DNA from: Syntrophomonadaceae bacterium
Lineage (GTDB): Bacteria > Bacillota > Ch66 > Ch109
NCBI GenBank assembly: GCA_012519455.1
Contig: JAAYQE010000101.1
Coordinates: 1,636 to 65,635, forward strand
DNA length: 64,000 nt
Direction: 5' to 3'
The notes beneath the pieces are model-generated. The model was not told the DNA's origin. It was given only the letters and a program-made list of their open reading frames with translations, and did no database searches. This document shows positions 1 to 9,837 of the stretch, piece after piece (position 1 is the stretch's first letter; each line of letters starts with the position of its first letter). The position numbers and the translations under genes are program-made.

Positions 1-43
1 GATTTATTGTATAATAGTTTCAGTTTAGCCAGGGGGTGTTTTT

Positions 44-658
44 TTGTCTTTTAAAGAGCTCCATTGGACTTCCATTATACTGGGCATGCTGATAACTTTT
101 GGGATCTTAGTGGGGGGTAACGGATTATATCAGCACTACCTAATTAAAAATCCTTTAGGTGAAGCCTTACAGCAGCGACCGGAGATAATTAGTTGGGACT
201 TAGAAAAGGAAACGGCTAAAAAAACCCTAACCATTAGATTAGGCCCGGTATCAAACCTAAAAGAAAGCTGTAATTATATTCAAAATACCTCATCCCGTTA
301 TCTGGGCACAGAAGGGGTAGAAATTCATTTAATCGACCAACGATCCGAAGAATTAAAACAAACGATGTATGATTTGCAATTTCCTATTCATGAGGCTCTG
401 GCACAAGGAAGCTATACCCAATTAGCCGAAGCAATAAGTAAAGGGACCCAAGATAGTGAATTAACTGATTACCAAATTTACGTGGATGAAAATTATCTTT
501 ATGTGCAGTTAATGAAAAATAATGCTTATCTGTATGAAATCTTACCGCGAACGAATGAAATACAAACGTTAATCGTAGTACCCGAAGATGAATGGCCGGA
601 AAAATCAATAGCGTGGAATGGAAGCCTATTCCATAGCCTAATCAACTTTATTAATTAA
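44..658 (+). CDS. hypothetical protein with N-terminal TM anchor
   Basis: Intact 204-aa ORF with a hydrophobic N-terminus (ILGMLITFGILVGG). It lies immediately upstream of the FtsH-like gene, which begins 13 nt downstream. No recognisable motif. Confidence 0.45.
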   Translation: MSFKELHWTSIILGMLITFGILVGGNGLYQHYLIKNPLGEALQQRPEIISWDLEKETAKKTLTIRLGPVSNLKESCNYIQNTSSRYLGTEGVEIHLIDQRSEELKQTMYDLQFPIHEALAQGSYTQLAEAISKGTQDSELTDYQIYVDENYLYVQLMKNNAYLYEILPRTNEIQTLIVVPEDEWPEKSIAWNGSLFHSLINFIN

Positions 659-670
659 GGGGGGGAGCCT

Positions 671-2182
671 GTGGATCGTAAGAAGACACTGATCGGAGCC
701 GCCATCGGAGCCGGGTTAGGCATACTGGGCTTTTTGTTGCTTATCGGCTATAACCTAACCCCTCTTTTAATCTTGATCGGCATTGGAATATTCTTCTATC
801 TATTTTTGGACCAAAAAGGATTGGTGCGTCAAGTTAACATAGGAAAGAAAATTTCGAACCAGGATATATCTTTCCAGGATATTGGCGGGCAGGCTATGGC
901 TAAGCAAGAATTGCGAGAAGCCTTAGAATTTATCCTGGAAGCTGATCGCGTAAAAAAAATGGGCATCCGCCCTTTGCGGGGTATTCTATTAACCGGACCA
1001 CCGGGAACTGGAAAGACTTTATTAGCTAAAGCTGCAGCTTCCTTTACTCGATCTATTTATTTAGCCGTTAGCGGCTCCGAGTTTATCGAGATCTATGCCG
1101 GCGTAGGCGCGCAAAGAGTACGCTCTCTTTTCCGCTCGGCCCGGGAAACAGCGCGTAAACAAGGTAAGAAAAGCGCCATTGTTTTTATCGATGAGATTGA
1201 GGTCTTAGGCGGAAAAAGAGGTACCCATAACAGTCATTTAGAATACGACCAAACTTTAAATCAATTACTAGTGGAAATGGACGGTATTTCGGCCGAGGAA
1301 TCGGTGCAAATTTTAGTTATCGGTGCGACTAACCGTATTGATCTAATAGATTCAGCCTTACTGCGTCCCGGTCGCTTTGACCGTCAAGTAAAAGTAGATC
1401 TTCCTGATCGTAAAGGAAGATTAGAAATCCTGCGTTTACATGCACGCAATAAACCTCTTGATCAAAATACAGACCTAGAACAGATCGCCAAAGAGACCTT
1501 TGGTTTTTCAGGAGCCCATTTAGAAAGTCTAGTAAATGAGGCGGCGGTCTTAGCCTTGCGAGAAAAAGCAAAGACTATTGACCAGGAACATTTACGCGAA
1601 GCCATTGATAAGGTAATTATGGGAGAAAAACTAGACCGGCATCCTTCTGCCGAAGAGCTTCGCCGAGTGGCTGTGCATGAAGCCGGGCATGCCGTGGTTA
1701 GTGAATTAGTGCGCCCGAACTCGGTGGCGCGGGTGACCATCACGCCCAGAGGATCGGCTTTAGGTTATGTACGACGTACCCCAGAACAAGATCAGTATTT
1801 ATATACCAAATCTTTTTTAGAGAAACAAATCATGATTTGCCTAGGAGGCGCGGTGGCTGAGGAAATTATAATGGGAGAACGCAGTACGGGCTCGATCAGT
1901 GATTTTGAGGAAGCGATTCGCCTAGCGCGGCAAATTGTGTTATCTGGCTTATCCTATCTGGGTATCGTGTGCCAGGAAACTTTATCCCAGGATAGTTTGA
2001 ATCAAGCTTTAAAAAATATAATTGAGGTTCAAGAACGTTGGGTACAGCAGGCAATTAATACTTACCGTCAATGTACCGAAATGATCGCCGAAGTATTGAT
2101 AGAAAATGAATCTATTTCTGGGAATGAATTACGTGAATTCCTCCAGCAGAAAAATATAGCCGATCAAACTGGAGTAGCTTAA
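671..2182 (+). CDS. FtsH-family AAA+ zinc metalloprotease, short paralog lacking the large extracytoplasmic domain
   Basis: GTG start. Two N-terminal TM helices. Walker A LLTGPPGTGKTLLAKA, Walker B IVFIDEIE, and an SRH region. A C-terminal HEAGHAVV (HEXXH) M41 zinc site. Only 503 aa. Confidence 0.8.
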   Translation: MDRKKTLIGAAIGAGLGILGFLLLIGYNLTPLLILIGIGIFFYLFLDQKGLVRQVNIGKKISNQDISFQDIGGQAMAKQELREALEFILEADRVKKMGIRPLRGILLTGPPGTGKTLLAKAAASFTRSIYLAVSGSEFIEIYAGVGAQRVRSLFRSARETARKQGKKSAIVFIDEIEVLGGKRGTHNSHLEYDQTLNQLLVEMDGISAEESVQILVIGATNRIDLIDSALLRPGRFDRQVKVDLPDRKGRLEILRLHARNKPLDQNTDLEQIAKETFGFSGAHLESLVNEAAVLALREKAKTIDQEHLREAIDKVIMGEKLDRHPSAEELRRVAVHEAGHAVVSELVRPNSVARVTITPRGSALGYVRRTPEQDQYLYTKSFLEKQIMICLGGAVAEEIIMGERSTGSISDFEEAIRLARQIVLSGLSYLGIVCQETLSQDSLNQALKNIIEVQERWVQQAINTYRQCTEMIAEVLIENESISGNELREFLQQKNIADQTGVA

Positions 2183-2230
2183 ACTAAAGATTAAAAAGAT
2201 TAAACACATATTTAAGCTTGGATTTTTTTG

Positions 2231-2266
2231 CCTCCCGCTAACCACTAAAGAGGGAGGTCTTTTTTA
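2231..2266 (+). terminator. rho-independent terminator after the FtsH-like gene
   Basis: Hairpin CCTCCC-loop-GGGAGG followed by TCTTTTTT. Confidence 0.5.
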
Positions 2267-2375
2267 TGGCTATCTGGCCATACGCGATTCTTTAAGGTAA
2301 AATTTGACGGCTGGCCATGACTGATGATAATCTGATAAAGAAAGAAATTTTTCCAGTTAGAAAAGAGGCTCAGAC

Positions 2376-2882
2376 ATGCAAGAACGGATTAAACAATTAG
2401 CCGCTCTGGTAGGGAGGCCGTTGCAAAAGAAAAGATGGCAGATGGCAGTAGCCGAATCTTGTACTGGGGGTTTGCTAGGGGCAGCTTTAACTTCTATTCC
2501 CGGGAGTTCTTCCTATTTCTATGGGGGAGTGGTTAGTTATAGTAACCAAGCTAAACAAGATTTATTGGGGGTATCGTTAGAGACTTTGACTGCCTGGGGT
2601 GCGGTCAGCGAAGCTACAGCGCGAGAAATGGCCGAAGGTATTCGCAAAAGATGCCGAGTTGATTTAGGGATAGCCATAACCGGGATCGCCGGACCTGATG
2701 GAGGTAGTCCACATAAACCGGTTGGTACGGTATATCTAGCTTTAGCTACGGAGCAAGTATTGCGTATCGAAAAAAAGCATTTTGGGGGAAATCGTACGGA
2801 GATTCGGGAAGCTTCAGTAGAAGCAGCTCTGCAAATGCTTAAAGCTTTTTTAGAAGATTCAGGTGATCTCGATATAAGTTAA
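2376..2882 (+). CDS. cinA: CinA C-terminal domain protein (NMN amidohydrolase PncC-like)
   Basis: 168 aa with the CinA_C signature (ESCTGGLLGAALTSIPGSS...GIAITGIAGPDGG). Located just upstream of recA, as in the Firmicute cinA-recA arrangement. No MoeA-like N-terminal domain. Confidence 0.8.
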   Translation: MQERIKQLAALVGRPLQKKRWQMAVAESCTGGLLGAALTSIPGSSSYFYGGVVSYSNQAKQDLLGVSLETLTAWGAVSEATAREMAEGIRKRCRVDLGIAITGIAGPDGGSPHKPVGTVYLALATEQVLRIEKKHFGGNRTEIREASVEAALQMLKAFLEDSGDLDIS

Positions 2883-2899
2883 ACAAAGGAGCTTTAAAG

Positions 2900-3493
2900 A
2901 TGAAAAAACTACGCTTGTTTGTGGCTATTAATTTACCTGCGGAGATTCGTGGGGTCCTGGTTGCAGTACAACACCAATTACGGCACCTTCCGTATACGGT
3001 TAAATGGGTAGAAGAGCGTAATTTTCATTTAACGCTAGCCTTTCTGGGTGAAGTAGAAGAAACTCGACTGCCGACCTTGGAAAACGCTCTAGGACAGGCC
3101 CTGCATGGTTTTACTGCTTTCAATTTAAGCTTGTCCCAGATTGGTGCCTTTCCTCATCTACGTCAACCCCGAGTGCTCTGGGTAGGATTATCAGGAAATA
3201 CCAAGAAAGCTAATTTATTATCACAACAAATACATAAGGCCTTGTCGGAACAGGGATTTACCTTGGATAATAAACCTTTTCGTCCTCATCTTACCCTGGG
3301 CCGCGTTAAGTCGCGAAAAGTGGAAGATTACCGGGCTCAAAAGCTTATCGCGGAAAACGATTTAGAACAGATTGCAGCTCAACAAGCAGCCCTCTTAGGA
3401 CATCCTTTTAGCGTGGATAAGGTGGAATTAATGCAAAGTGAATTGACCCCTCAAGGGCCGATTTATTCGGTGCTAAAAACTTATCCTTGTTAA
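2900..3493 (+). CDS. thpR: RNA 2',3'-cyclic phosphodiesterase (2'-5' RNA ligase family, ThpR/LigT)
   Basis: Two H-x-T-x motifs typical of the 2H phosphoesterase family (HLTLAFLG and HLTLGR) in a 197-aa protein. Confidence 0.8.
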   Translation: MKKLRLFVAINLPAEIRGVLVAVQHQLRHLPYTVKWVEERNFHLTLAFLGEVEETRLPTLENALGQALHGFTAFNLSLSQIGAFPHLRQPRVLWVGLSGNTKKANLLSQQIHKALSEQGFTLDNKPFRPHLTLGRVKSRKVEDYRAQKLIAENDLEQIAAQQAALLGHPFSVDKVELMQSELTPQGPIYSVLKTYPC

Positions 3494-3597
3494 TTCGACG
3501 GTTCACTTTGACTGCAGTTCATTCTTTCACTAGTAAAGCTGTCTTACCAGGGAATCAAGGAGGTAAAAATAACCGAAGATATTTAGGCCTCAGTCTG

Positions 3598-3648
3598 TTG
3601 ACAGTACCTAGAGTATAAGCTACAATATTTTTATGGGAACAAATGTTC
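3598..3648 (+). promoter_or_regulatory. recA sigma-A promoter with a downstream LexA (Cheo) box
   Basis: TTGACA(3598-3603) - 17 nt - TACAAT(3621-3626). GAAC-AAAT-GTTC at 3637-3648 matches the Gram-positive LexA consensus CGAACNNNNGTTCG, and sits between the -10 and the recA RBS. Confidence 0.65.
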
Positions 3649-3670
3649 CAAGAAGGGAGGAAAAATCAGG

Positions 3671-4708
3671 GTGTCGGATAAAATGAAGGCTTTAGAAGCT
3701 GCGCTATTTTCAATTGAGAAGCAGTTTGGCAAAGGATCGATAATGAAGTTGGGGGAGTCTACTAAGTTTAATGTAGAAATTATCCCTACCGGTTCTCTTG
3801 CTTTAGATTTAGCTTTGGGTGTAGGCGGAGTTCCTCGAGGTCGGGTAGTTGAAATTTTTGGTCCTGAGTCTTCAGGCAAAACTACCGTGGCCTTACATAT
3901 TATTGCAGAAGCGCAAAAAGCCGGAGGTATAGCCGCTTTTATCGATGCCGAACATGCTTTAGACCCCTCTTATGCGCGTAAATTAGGGGTAGATGTGGAA
4001 AACTTGCTGATATCGCAGCCGGATACCGGGGAACAGGCCTTAGAGATCGCTGAGGCCCTGGTGCGTAGTGGGGCCATTGATATCGTTGTGGTCGATTCTG
4101 TGGCGGCGTTGGTACCACGAGCGGAATTGGAAGGCGAAATGGGTGATACCCATGTTGGCTTGCAGGCCCGACTTATGTCCCAGGCGTTACGTAAATTAAC
4201 CGGATCTATTTCCAAATCCCGTACTTGTGCAATTTTTATTAATCAATTGCGGGAAAAAGTAGGCGTTATGTTTGGTTCACCCGAGACTACTCCCGGCGGC
4301 CGGGCTTTAAAATTCTATTCCTCCGTACGGCTGGAAGTAAGACGAAGTGAATCGATTAAACAAGGCCCCGAAATAGTTGGTTGCCGAACCCGCGTAAAGG
4401 TAGTAAAAAATAAGGTGGCCCCGCCTTTTAAACAAGCTGAATTCGATATTATGTATGGAGAAGGTATTTCTCGTTTTGGGGATATGATTGATATGGGCGT
4501 AGAATTAGAGGTAATTAGTAAAAGTGGGGCTTGGTATTCTTATAAGGGAGAACGCCTGGGCCAGGGCAGAGAAAATGTCAAAGAGTTTTTGAAAGAACAC
4601 GCGGATATGGCTAACGAGATTGACCATCTAATTCGAGATATTTTGGGTAATAAAAATTCCGAACCAAAAGCCGTTGAAAAGGACGAGGCGCAAACCGCAA
4701 AGAATTAG
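3671..4708 (+). CDS. recA: recombinase RecA
   Basis: Walker [10 protein letters not shown]. Full-length RecA (345 aa) with an acidic C-terminal tail. RBS GGGAGG sits 10 nt upstream of the GTG start. Confidence 0.95.
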   Translation: MSDKMKALEAALFSIEKQFGKGSIMKLGESTKFNVEIIPTGSLALDLALGVGGVPRGRVVEIFGPESSGKTTVALHIIAEAQKAGGIAAFIDAEHALDPSYARKLGVDVENLLISQPDTGEQALEIAEALVRSGAIDIVVVDSVAALVPRAELEGEMGDTHVGLQARLMSQALRKLTGSISKSRTCAIFINQLREKVGVMFGSPETTPGGRALKFYSSVRLEVRRSESIKQGPEIVGCRTRVKVVKNKVAPPFKQAEFDIMYGEGISRFGDMIDMGVELEVISKSGAWYSYKGERLGQGRENVKEFLKEHADMANEIDHLIRDILGNKNSEPKAVEKDEAQTAKN

Positions 4709-4724
4709 GCAGAAAGGTTTCAGC

Positions 4725-4753
4725 TTGACATAAATTACAAAACAGTCTAAAAT
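4725..4753 (+). promoter_or_regulatory. sigma-A-type promoter in the recA-rny spacer
   Basis: TTGACA - 17 nt - TAAAAT. Confidence 0.5.
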
Positions 4754-4943
4754 ATCACCGAGATAACGAGGTTTTAGAAGCCTATCACCGCTTTGCTGGT
4801 TTTCTTATATATGGAAAAGAAAAAAGCAGTTTTATGTTTTTTTGGATTAATATAAGAAAGTAAGGCCAAGGTTTGTTGTGCCTATTATTAAGTTTGTCTA
4901 GTTATAAGTAATAGGCAGAGAAAGTAGGGATAGGTCTTCTAGC

Positions 4944-4975
4944 GACCGAGTATAATGCTCGGTTTTCCTTTTTCT
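4944..4975 (+). promoter_or_regulatory. hairpin plus U-tract in the rny leader (possible attenuator/terminator)
   Basis: ACCGAG-TATAATG-CTCGGT followed by TTTTCCTTTTTCTCG. It lies ~190 nt downstream of the 4725 promoter and ~65 nt upstream of the rny start. Confidence 0.35.
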
Positions 4976-5041
4976 CGATTGTTTTTTCCTTAATTCTGAT
5001 CTTAAGTAATTAAATTCAAGGAGGTGAAAAAGATTCCTGAA

Positions 5042-6571
5042 ATGTCTTTATATGTAAATCTGGCGGTCCTAGTTGTAGGTGGGACCCTAGGTTATTTAAT
5101 CCGTAAACTAACCGCTGAAGCCAGAATTGGCTCTGCTGAACAAGAAGCGAAAAAAATTCTGGAAGAGGCAGAAAAAAATGCTGAAGCGAAAAAACGTGAA
5201 GTCTTGCTGGAAGCTAAAGAAGAAGTGCATCAACTTCGTGCAGAAGTAGAGAAGGAAAATCGGGACCGTCGTAATGAGCTTCAACGCATGGAAAGAAGAC
5301 TACTTCAAAAAGAAGAAGTGCTAGATCGAAAAAGTGAGGGTTTTGAACGAAAAGAAGAAACCTTACTTAAGAGAGAACATGAACTGGAAGACCAGCGCGA
5401 GGAAATTGAGGTTCTCCAACGCAAACAATTAGCTGAACTCGAACGACTTTCGGGTTTATCCTGGGATGAAGCCCGTCAACTACTCCTCGATACCGTGCAG
5501 GAGGAAATTAAAATCGAAACAGCGTTGTTGATTAAGGAATTGGAGAGTCAAGCCCGCGAAGAAGCGGAAAAGAAGGCACGGGAAATCATTAGTTTATCTA
5601 TTCAGCGTTGTGCCGCTGAGGTAGTAGCGGAAACTACAGTTTCGGTAGTAGCTCTACCGAATGATGAAATGAAAGGCCGGATTATTGGTCGAGAGGGACG
5701 TAATATTCGTACCCTAGAAACGCTAACGGGAATAGATTTAATTATTGATGATACACCAGAAGCCGTTATTTTATCTGGTTTTGACCCCATCAGACGGGAA
5801 ATAGCAAGAATTGCTTTAGAAAAATTAATTCAAGATGGTCGAATTCATCCAGCCCGGATTGAGGAAATGGTTGAGAAAGCCCAAAGAGAGGTTGATCAAA
5901 AGATCCGGGAAGAAGGGGAGCAGGCTAGCTTTGAGGTAGGAGTGCATAATCTGCACCCGGAATTATTAAAGTTACTCGGACGGTTGAAATATCGAACTAG
6001 TTACGGGCAAAATGTATTTAAACATTCTATTGAAGTTGCCCAGTTAGCTGCCTCAATGGCTGCGGAACTAGGTGCGGATATTCAACTGGCTAAAAGGGCT
6101 GGGTTATTACACGATATTGGAAAAGCAGTAGATCACGAAATTTCCGGGCCCCATGTAACTTTAGGGGGAGATCTAGCGAAAAAGTATCGTGAGGGGCCAG
6201 AAGTGGTTCATGCCATAATGGCTCATCATGGCGATATTGAACCTGAAACCATAGAAGCAGTTTTGGTTCAGGCTGCCGATGCGGTTTCCGCCGCCCGACC
6301 GGGAGCCCGACGAGAAACCTTAGAAGCATATATTAAACGACTGGAAAAATTAGAGCAAATTGCGGATTCTTTCGAAGGCGTTGAAAAATCCTTCGCCATT
6401 CAGGCCGGTCGTGAAATTCGAATAATGGTCAAACCTGAGACCGTAGATGATGCAAAATCATCGCTAGTAGCGCGTGAGATCGTTAAACGTATAGAAAACG
6501 AACTGGAATACCCGGGACAAATAAAGGTGGTAGTTATTCGAGAAACCAGATCAGTTGAATACGCTAAATAA
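5042..6571 (+). CDS. rny: ribonuclease Y
   Basis: N-terminal TM, coiled-coil region, KH domain ([12 protein letters not shown]) and HD domain (HD..HHG). The ATG at 5042 fits homology; the track ORF begins at an in-frame GTG (5024) that lies inside the RBS. Confidence 0.9.
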   Translation: MSLYVNLAVLVVGGTLGYLIRKLTAEARIGSAEQEAKKILEEAEKNAEAKKREVLLEAKEEVHQLRAEVEKENRDRRNELQRMERRLLQKEEVLDRKSEGFERKEETLLKREHELEDQREEIEVLQRKQLAELERLSGLSWDEARQLLLDTVQEEIKIETALLIKELESQAREEAEKKAREIISLSIQRCAAEVVAETTVSVVALPNDEMKGRIIGREGRNIRTLETLTGIDLIIDDTPEAVILSGFDPIRREIARIALEKLIQDGRIHPARIEEMVEKAQREVDQKIREEGEQASFEVGVHNLHPELLKLLGRLKYRTSYGQNVFKHSIEVAQLAASMAAELGADIQLAKRAGLLHDIGKAVDHEISGPHVTLGGDLAKKYREGPEVVHAIMAHHGDIEPETIEAVLVQAADAVSAARPGARRETLEAYIKRLEKLEQIADSFEGVEKSFAIQAGREIRIMVKPETVDDAKSSLVAREIVKRIENELEYPGQIKVVVIRETRSVEYAK

Positions 6572-6650
6572 GAAAACTGATAATTACTGAATGACTACTA
6601 ACCAACCCATATTATATAGAAATTAATAAATCTAGATTATTATATGTAGC

Positions 6651-6680
6651 GAGCAGGATAAATCCTGCTCTTGCTATTCT
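6651..6680 (+). terminator. putative terminator after rny
   Basis: GAGCAGGAT-AAA-TCCTGCTC hairpin with a weak T-rich tail. Confidence 0.4.
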
Positions 6681-6868
6681 TGAATTGGTAAAATACTCTA
6701 TTATATGCAATTAAACCAGGGCAAGAAAATAAGGAAAAAAAGAGGATTTCACGGGGGTATCGCGAAATATACCGAAATAAGCTCTAATGGAGTATATGGT
6801 AGTAGGGAGCGTTTTAAAAGTAAAAATTATCACAAGGACAGGGTTAGCTGAAAGGCAGGGAGAGCACG

Positions 6869-7381
6869 TTGGGCAGGGGCAAAGTTGGTATTTCATCACT
6901 AGATAGTATTGATTTTTTTGTTTCTATTATGTTACGTTATCCAGAGATTGCCACCATAAAATATGATTCCTTAAAGTCTAGACTTAATTTTACTTTCATA
7001 GTATCGGGAATAGTGCCCAGTAAAGAGCAAAAAAGATTTGAAAACACTCTAATCAATGCACTGGAAATTTTTTATCTACTAAATGATAAATCATTACCCG
7101 ATCTACGCGTAGTAAATACAACCTGTGACAAAATAACCGTAATTGAAATAAGCCGAGATGTACAGACTTTATGCTATGATGAAATTGGCCTTATGGTTTC
7201 CCTGTTTAGGGAATGTTTTGGAAAACAAGCCGTAATTGATCCCGGAGAACTTTTTGAAGAGGATATACTATTAAGAGAAGAAAGAATAAAGCATACCCTA
7301 GAAAGCCTCAAGCATACCCAATTGGAAAAGAGTTTAATTGCGCTCCGGGAAGAAGGACAGGTACGGGTATTTAACAAATAG
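6869..7381 (+). CDS. hypothetical protein between rny and ymdB
   Basis: 170-aa ORF with no recognisable motif. The start is uncertain; Met 6929 is possible. Confidence 0.35.
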   Translation: MGRGKVGISSLDSIDFFVSIMLRYPEIATIKYDSLKSRLNFTFIVSGIVPSKEQKRFENTLINALEIFYLLNDKSLPDLRVVNTTCDKITVIEISRDVQTLCYDEIGLMVSLFRECFGKQAVIDPGELFEEDILLREERIKHTLESLKHTQLEKSLIALREEGQVRVFNK

Positions 7382-7396
7382 GTTGGAGGAAGATGA

Positions 7397-8179
7397 TTGA
7401 ATATTCTAATGATTGGCGATATTGTAGGTAGGTCCGGAAGACTAATCGTTAAAGAACTACTGCCGGATTTAGTTAGGGAATTTCAAATTGATTTAGTAAT
7501 CGCCAATGGAGAAAATGCGGCTGGAGGTAACGGCATAACTCCGGATCTAGCTGACGAACTATATACTTCGGGGATTGACATTTTAACTATGGGAAACCAC
7601 GTCTGGGATAAGAAGGAAATCATACCGTATATTGATCAAGATAATCGAATGGTAAGGCCGGCTAATTATCCACCAGGAACCCCCGGAAAAGGATATATAA
7701 TCTTTCCGATGGACGCTAACCTTAAAATTGCCGTGGTAAACCTTTCGGGCCGAGTTTTTTTAAGTAATCTGGATTGTCCCTTTCGCCAGGCGGACCTACT
7801 GATCGAAGAAATTTATCCGCAAACTCCGTTTATAATATTTGATTTTCATGCTGAAGCTACCTCGGAAAAGCAGGCGTTAGGATGGTATCTGGATGGACGG
7901 GTAACGGCTGTTTTGGGTACCCATACCCATATTCAAACTGCTGATGAAAGATTACTTACGCGAGGGACGGCCTATATTACTGATGTTGGTATGACGGGTC
8001 CCCGGGATTCGGTATTAGGGGTTAAAACGGACCTGGTAATAAAAAAATTCATTTCCCAACTTCCAGTTCGTTTTGAAACGGCTGGAGGCGCGTCCCAGTT
8101 TAACGCTGTGTTATTAGAAGTAGATACAGCCACGGGAAAAGCACTATCTATACACCGTATTCAACGGTTTCTTATGTAA
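7397..8179 (+). CDS. ymdB: YmdB-family metallophosphoesterase (2',3'-cyclic-nucleotide phosphodiesterase)
   Basis: MNILMIGDIVGRSGR... metallophosphatase signature. Conserved rny-ymdB-spoVS synteny. Confidence 0.85.
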   Translation: MNILMIGDIVGRSGRLIVKELLPDLVREFQIDLVIANGENAAGGNGITPDLADELYTSGIDILTMGNHVWDKKEIIPYIDQDNRMVRPANYPPGTPGKGYIIFPMDANLKIAVVNLSGRVFLSNLDCPFRQADLLIEEIYPQTPFIIFDFHAEATSEKQALGWYLDGRVTAVLGTHTHIQTADERLLTRGTAYITDVGMTGPRDSVLGVKTDLVIKKFISQLPVRFETAGGASQFNAVLLEVDTATGKALSIHRIQRFLM

Positions 8180-8217
8180 ACGATTGAAATTATGGATTAA
8201 CTATACAAATTCGGTTA

Positions 8218-8253
8218 AAGCACCGCCAGTTTTTACTAGTAGGTGCTTTTTTA
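8218..8253 (+). terminator. rho-independent terminator after ymdB
   Basis: GCACC ... GGTGC hairpin followed by TTTTTT. Confidence 0.55.
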
Positions 8254-8338
8254 CTATAAAACATATATAAAAAGATGTTATATATATCACAATTGTCTAA
8301 ATCTTTAAAAAAAAGAATGAGATGCTCAAAAAATCAGA

Positions 8339-8363
8339 AGGATTTTACGATTTAAAATAGAAT
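8339..8363 (+). promoter_or_regulatory. candidate sigma-H-type promoter for spoVS
   Basis: AGGATTT(8339-8345) - 14 nt - GAAT(8360-8363). This resembles the sigma-H consensus (RnAGGAwWW ... RnnGAAT). Confidence 0.35.
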
Positions 8364-8439
8364 ATCAATAACAAGAACTGTAAGTTAACTGGGAAAATTG
8401 GGATAAAAATTAACAAAAATCCAAGGAGGTTAATTATTA

Positions 8440-8700
8440 ATGGAAGTACTAAAGGTTTCAGCCAAGTCAAGTCCTAACTCTGTAGCTGGTGCTCTAGCCG
8501 GGGTGCTTAGAGAGAGGGGAGTGGCAGAAATTCAGGCCGTAGGTGCTGGTGCTCTTAATCAGGCGGTTAAAGCGGTGGCAATTGCTCGGGGCTTTGTAGC
8601 CCCTAGTGGGATGGACCTCGTATGTATACCAGCTTTTACGGATATCCAGATTGACGGTCAGGAAAGAACAGCCATTAAATTAATCGTTGAACCGAGATAA
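8440..8700 (+). CDS. spoVS: stage V sporulation protein S
   Basis: 86-aa protein whose whole length matches the SpoVS family (MEVLKVSAKSSPNSVAGALAG...). Strong RBS AAGGAGG. Confidence 0.9.
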   Translation: MEVLKVSAKSSPNSVAGALAGVLRERGVAEIQAVGAGALNQAVKAVAIARGFVAPSGMDLVCIPAFTDIQIDGQERTAIKLIVEPR

Positions 8701-8869
8701 CCCGGGTAGGTGACAGTTCAACCTCTAATCTGAAAGATCAATGATTATATATTTATGGTTATGAAACCAAAAATTCCGAAATCCAGGGGTGAAAATAACT
8801 CCTGGATTTGTTATTGTTTCCGTCGAGTAGTAATATTAATAATAAAGAAAAAGGGGGTGGATAATAGCA

Positions 8870-9817
8870 ATGAGCCCATATTATATTGTAGATGCTCATT
8901 GTGATACCCTAAGCCGTGCGTGGAAACTCGGTTTGGATTTATTACAACTACCTTCTCCGGCCCAATGTGATTTAAGGCGCTTACAGGAAGGGGGAGTTAA
9001 ACTTCAATTTTTCGCCGCTTTTGTCAAAAGCCGAAACTACGCACCCTGTTTACATCCGTATCTACAGCAGATTGAATTTTTTTTACAGCAGGTAGAAAAG
9101 CACCACCAATGGATGCACTTAGTTCGTTCCCGCACAGATCTAGACCAAGCCCAACAAACTGGTCAGCTAGCCGCAGTGCTTTCTATTGAGGGTGGGGAAG
9201 CCCTGGAAGGTGATCTGACCATGTTACAGCTTTTCTACCGTCTGGGGGTTCGTGCTTTAGGTTTAACCTGGAATAATCGTAATGCCCTAGCGGATGGTAT
9301 CCGGGAAAAAAACTCCCAGGGGGGCCTTACTGACTTTGGGATTTCGGTAGTTAAAGAGATGAATCAATTAGGGATGATAATCGATGTTTCTCATCTTGCA
9401 GAAGCCGGTTTCTGGGATGTTCTGGAAATTAGCCAGGAGCCGGTAATTGCTTCTCATTCAAATTGCCGGGATTTACATAATCACCCGCGTAATCTTAGCG
9501 ATACACAGCTAAAAGGATTAGCCCAAAAAGGGGGCATCGTCGGGATTACCCTAGTCAATGAGTTTTTAGGTTCAGCATCACCCGGAATGGAGCAAGTATT
9601 GGATCATCTAGAACATGCCGTGGCGGTAATGGGAGAGGATTATGTGGGACTAGGTACGGATTTTGATGGGGTTGAGAACCCCGTTTTGGGAATAGAGGAG
9701 GCTACCCAGTGGCCGCGATTGATTGAAGCAATGCATAAAAGAGGTTTTACCGAAAGTATGGTGCACAAAATTTTAGGAAAAAACTATCTCCGGCTCTTAA
9801 AGCAGATTTTAAAATAG
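8870..9817 (+). CDS. membrane dipeptidase (peptidase M19 family)
   Basis: Renal-dipeptidase-like motifs (IVDAHCDT, HSN.R, DFDG). Confidence 0.8.
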   Translation: MSPYYIVDAHCDTLSRAWKLGLDLLQLPSPAQCDLRRLQEGGVKLQFFAAFVKSRNYAPCLHPYLQQIEFFLQQVEKHHQWMHLVRSRTDLDQAQQTGQLAAVLSIEGGEALEGDLTMLQLFYRLGVRALGLTWNNRNALADGIREKNSQGGLTDFGISVVKEMNQLGMIIDVSHLAEAGFWDVLEISQEPVIASHSNCRDLHNHPRNLSDTQLKGLAQKGGIVGITLVNEFLGSASPGMEQVLDHLEHAVAVMGEDYVGLGTDFDGVENPVLGIEEATQWPRLIEAMHKRGFTESMVHKILGKNYLRLLKQILK

Positions 9818-9837
9818 CATGTAGGTGGTGTAGTTTA

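Noticed and set aside
384-608. This and the many other short antisense ORFs in the track (e.g. 1329..1571, 3631..3879, 5602..5790, 22933..23244, 33249..33452, 43419..43805, 54671..54979, 57969..58217).
   Set aside because: Each lies entirely inside a longer, motif-supported gene on the opposite strand and lacks an RBS. They are treated as shadow ORFs.
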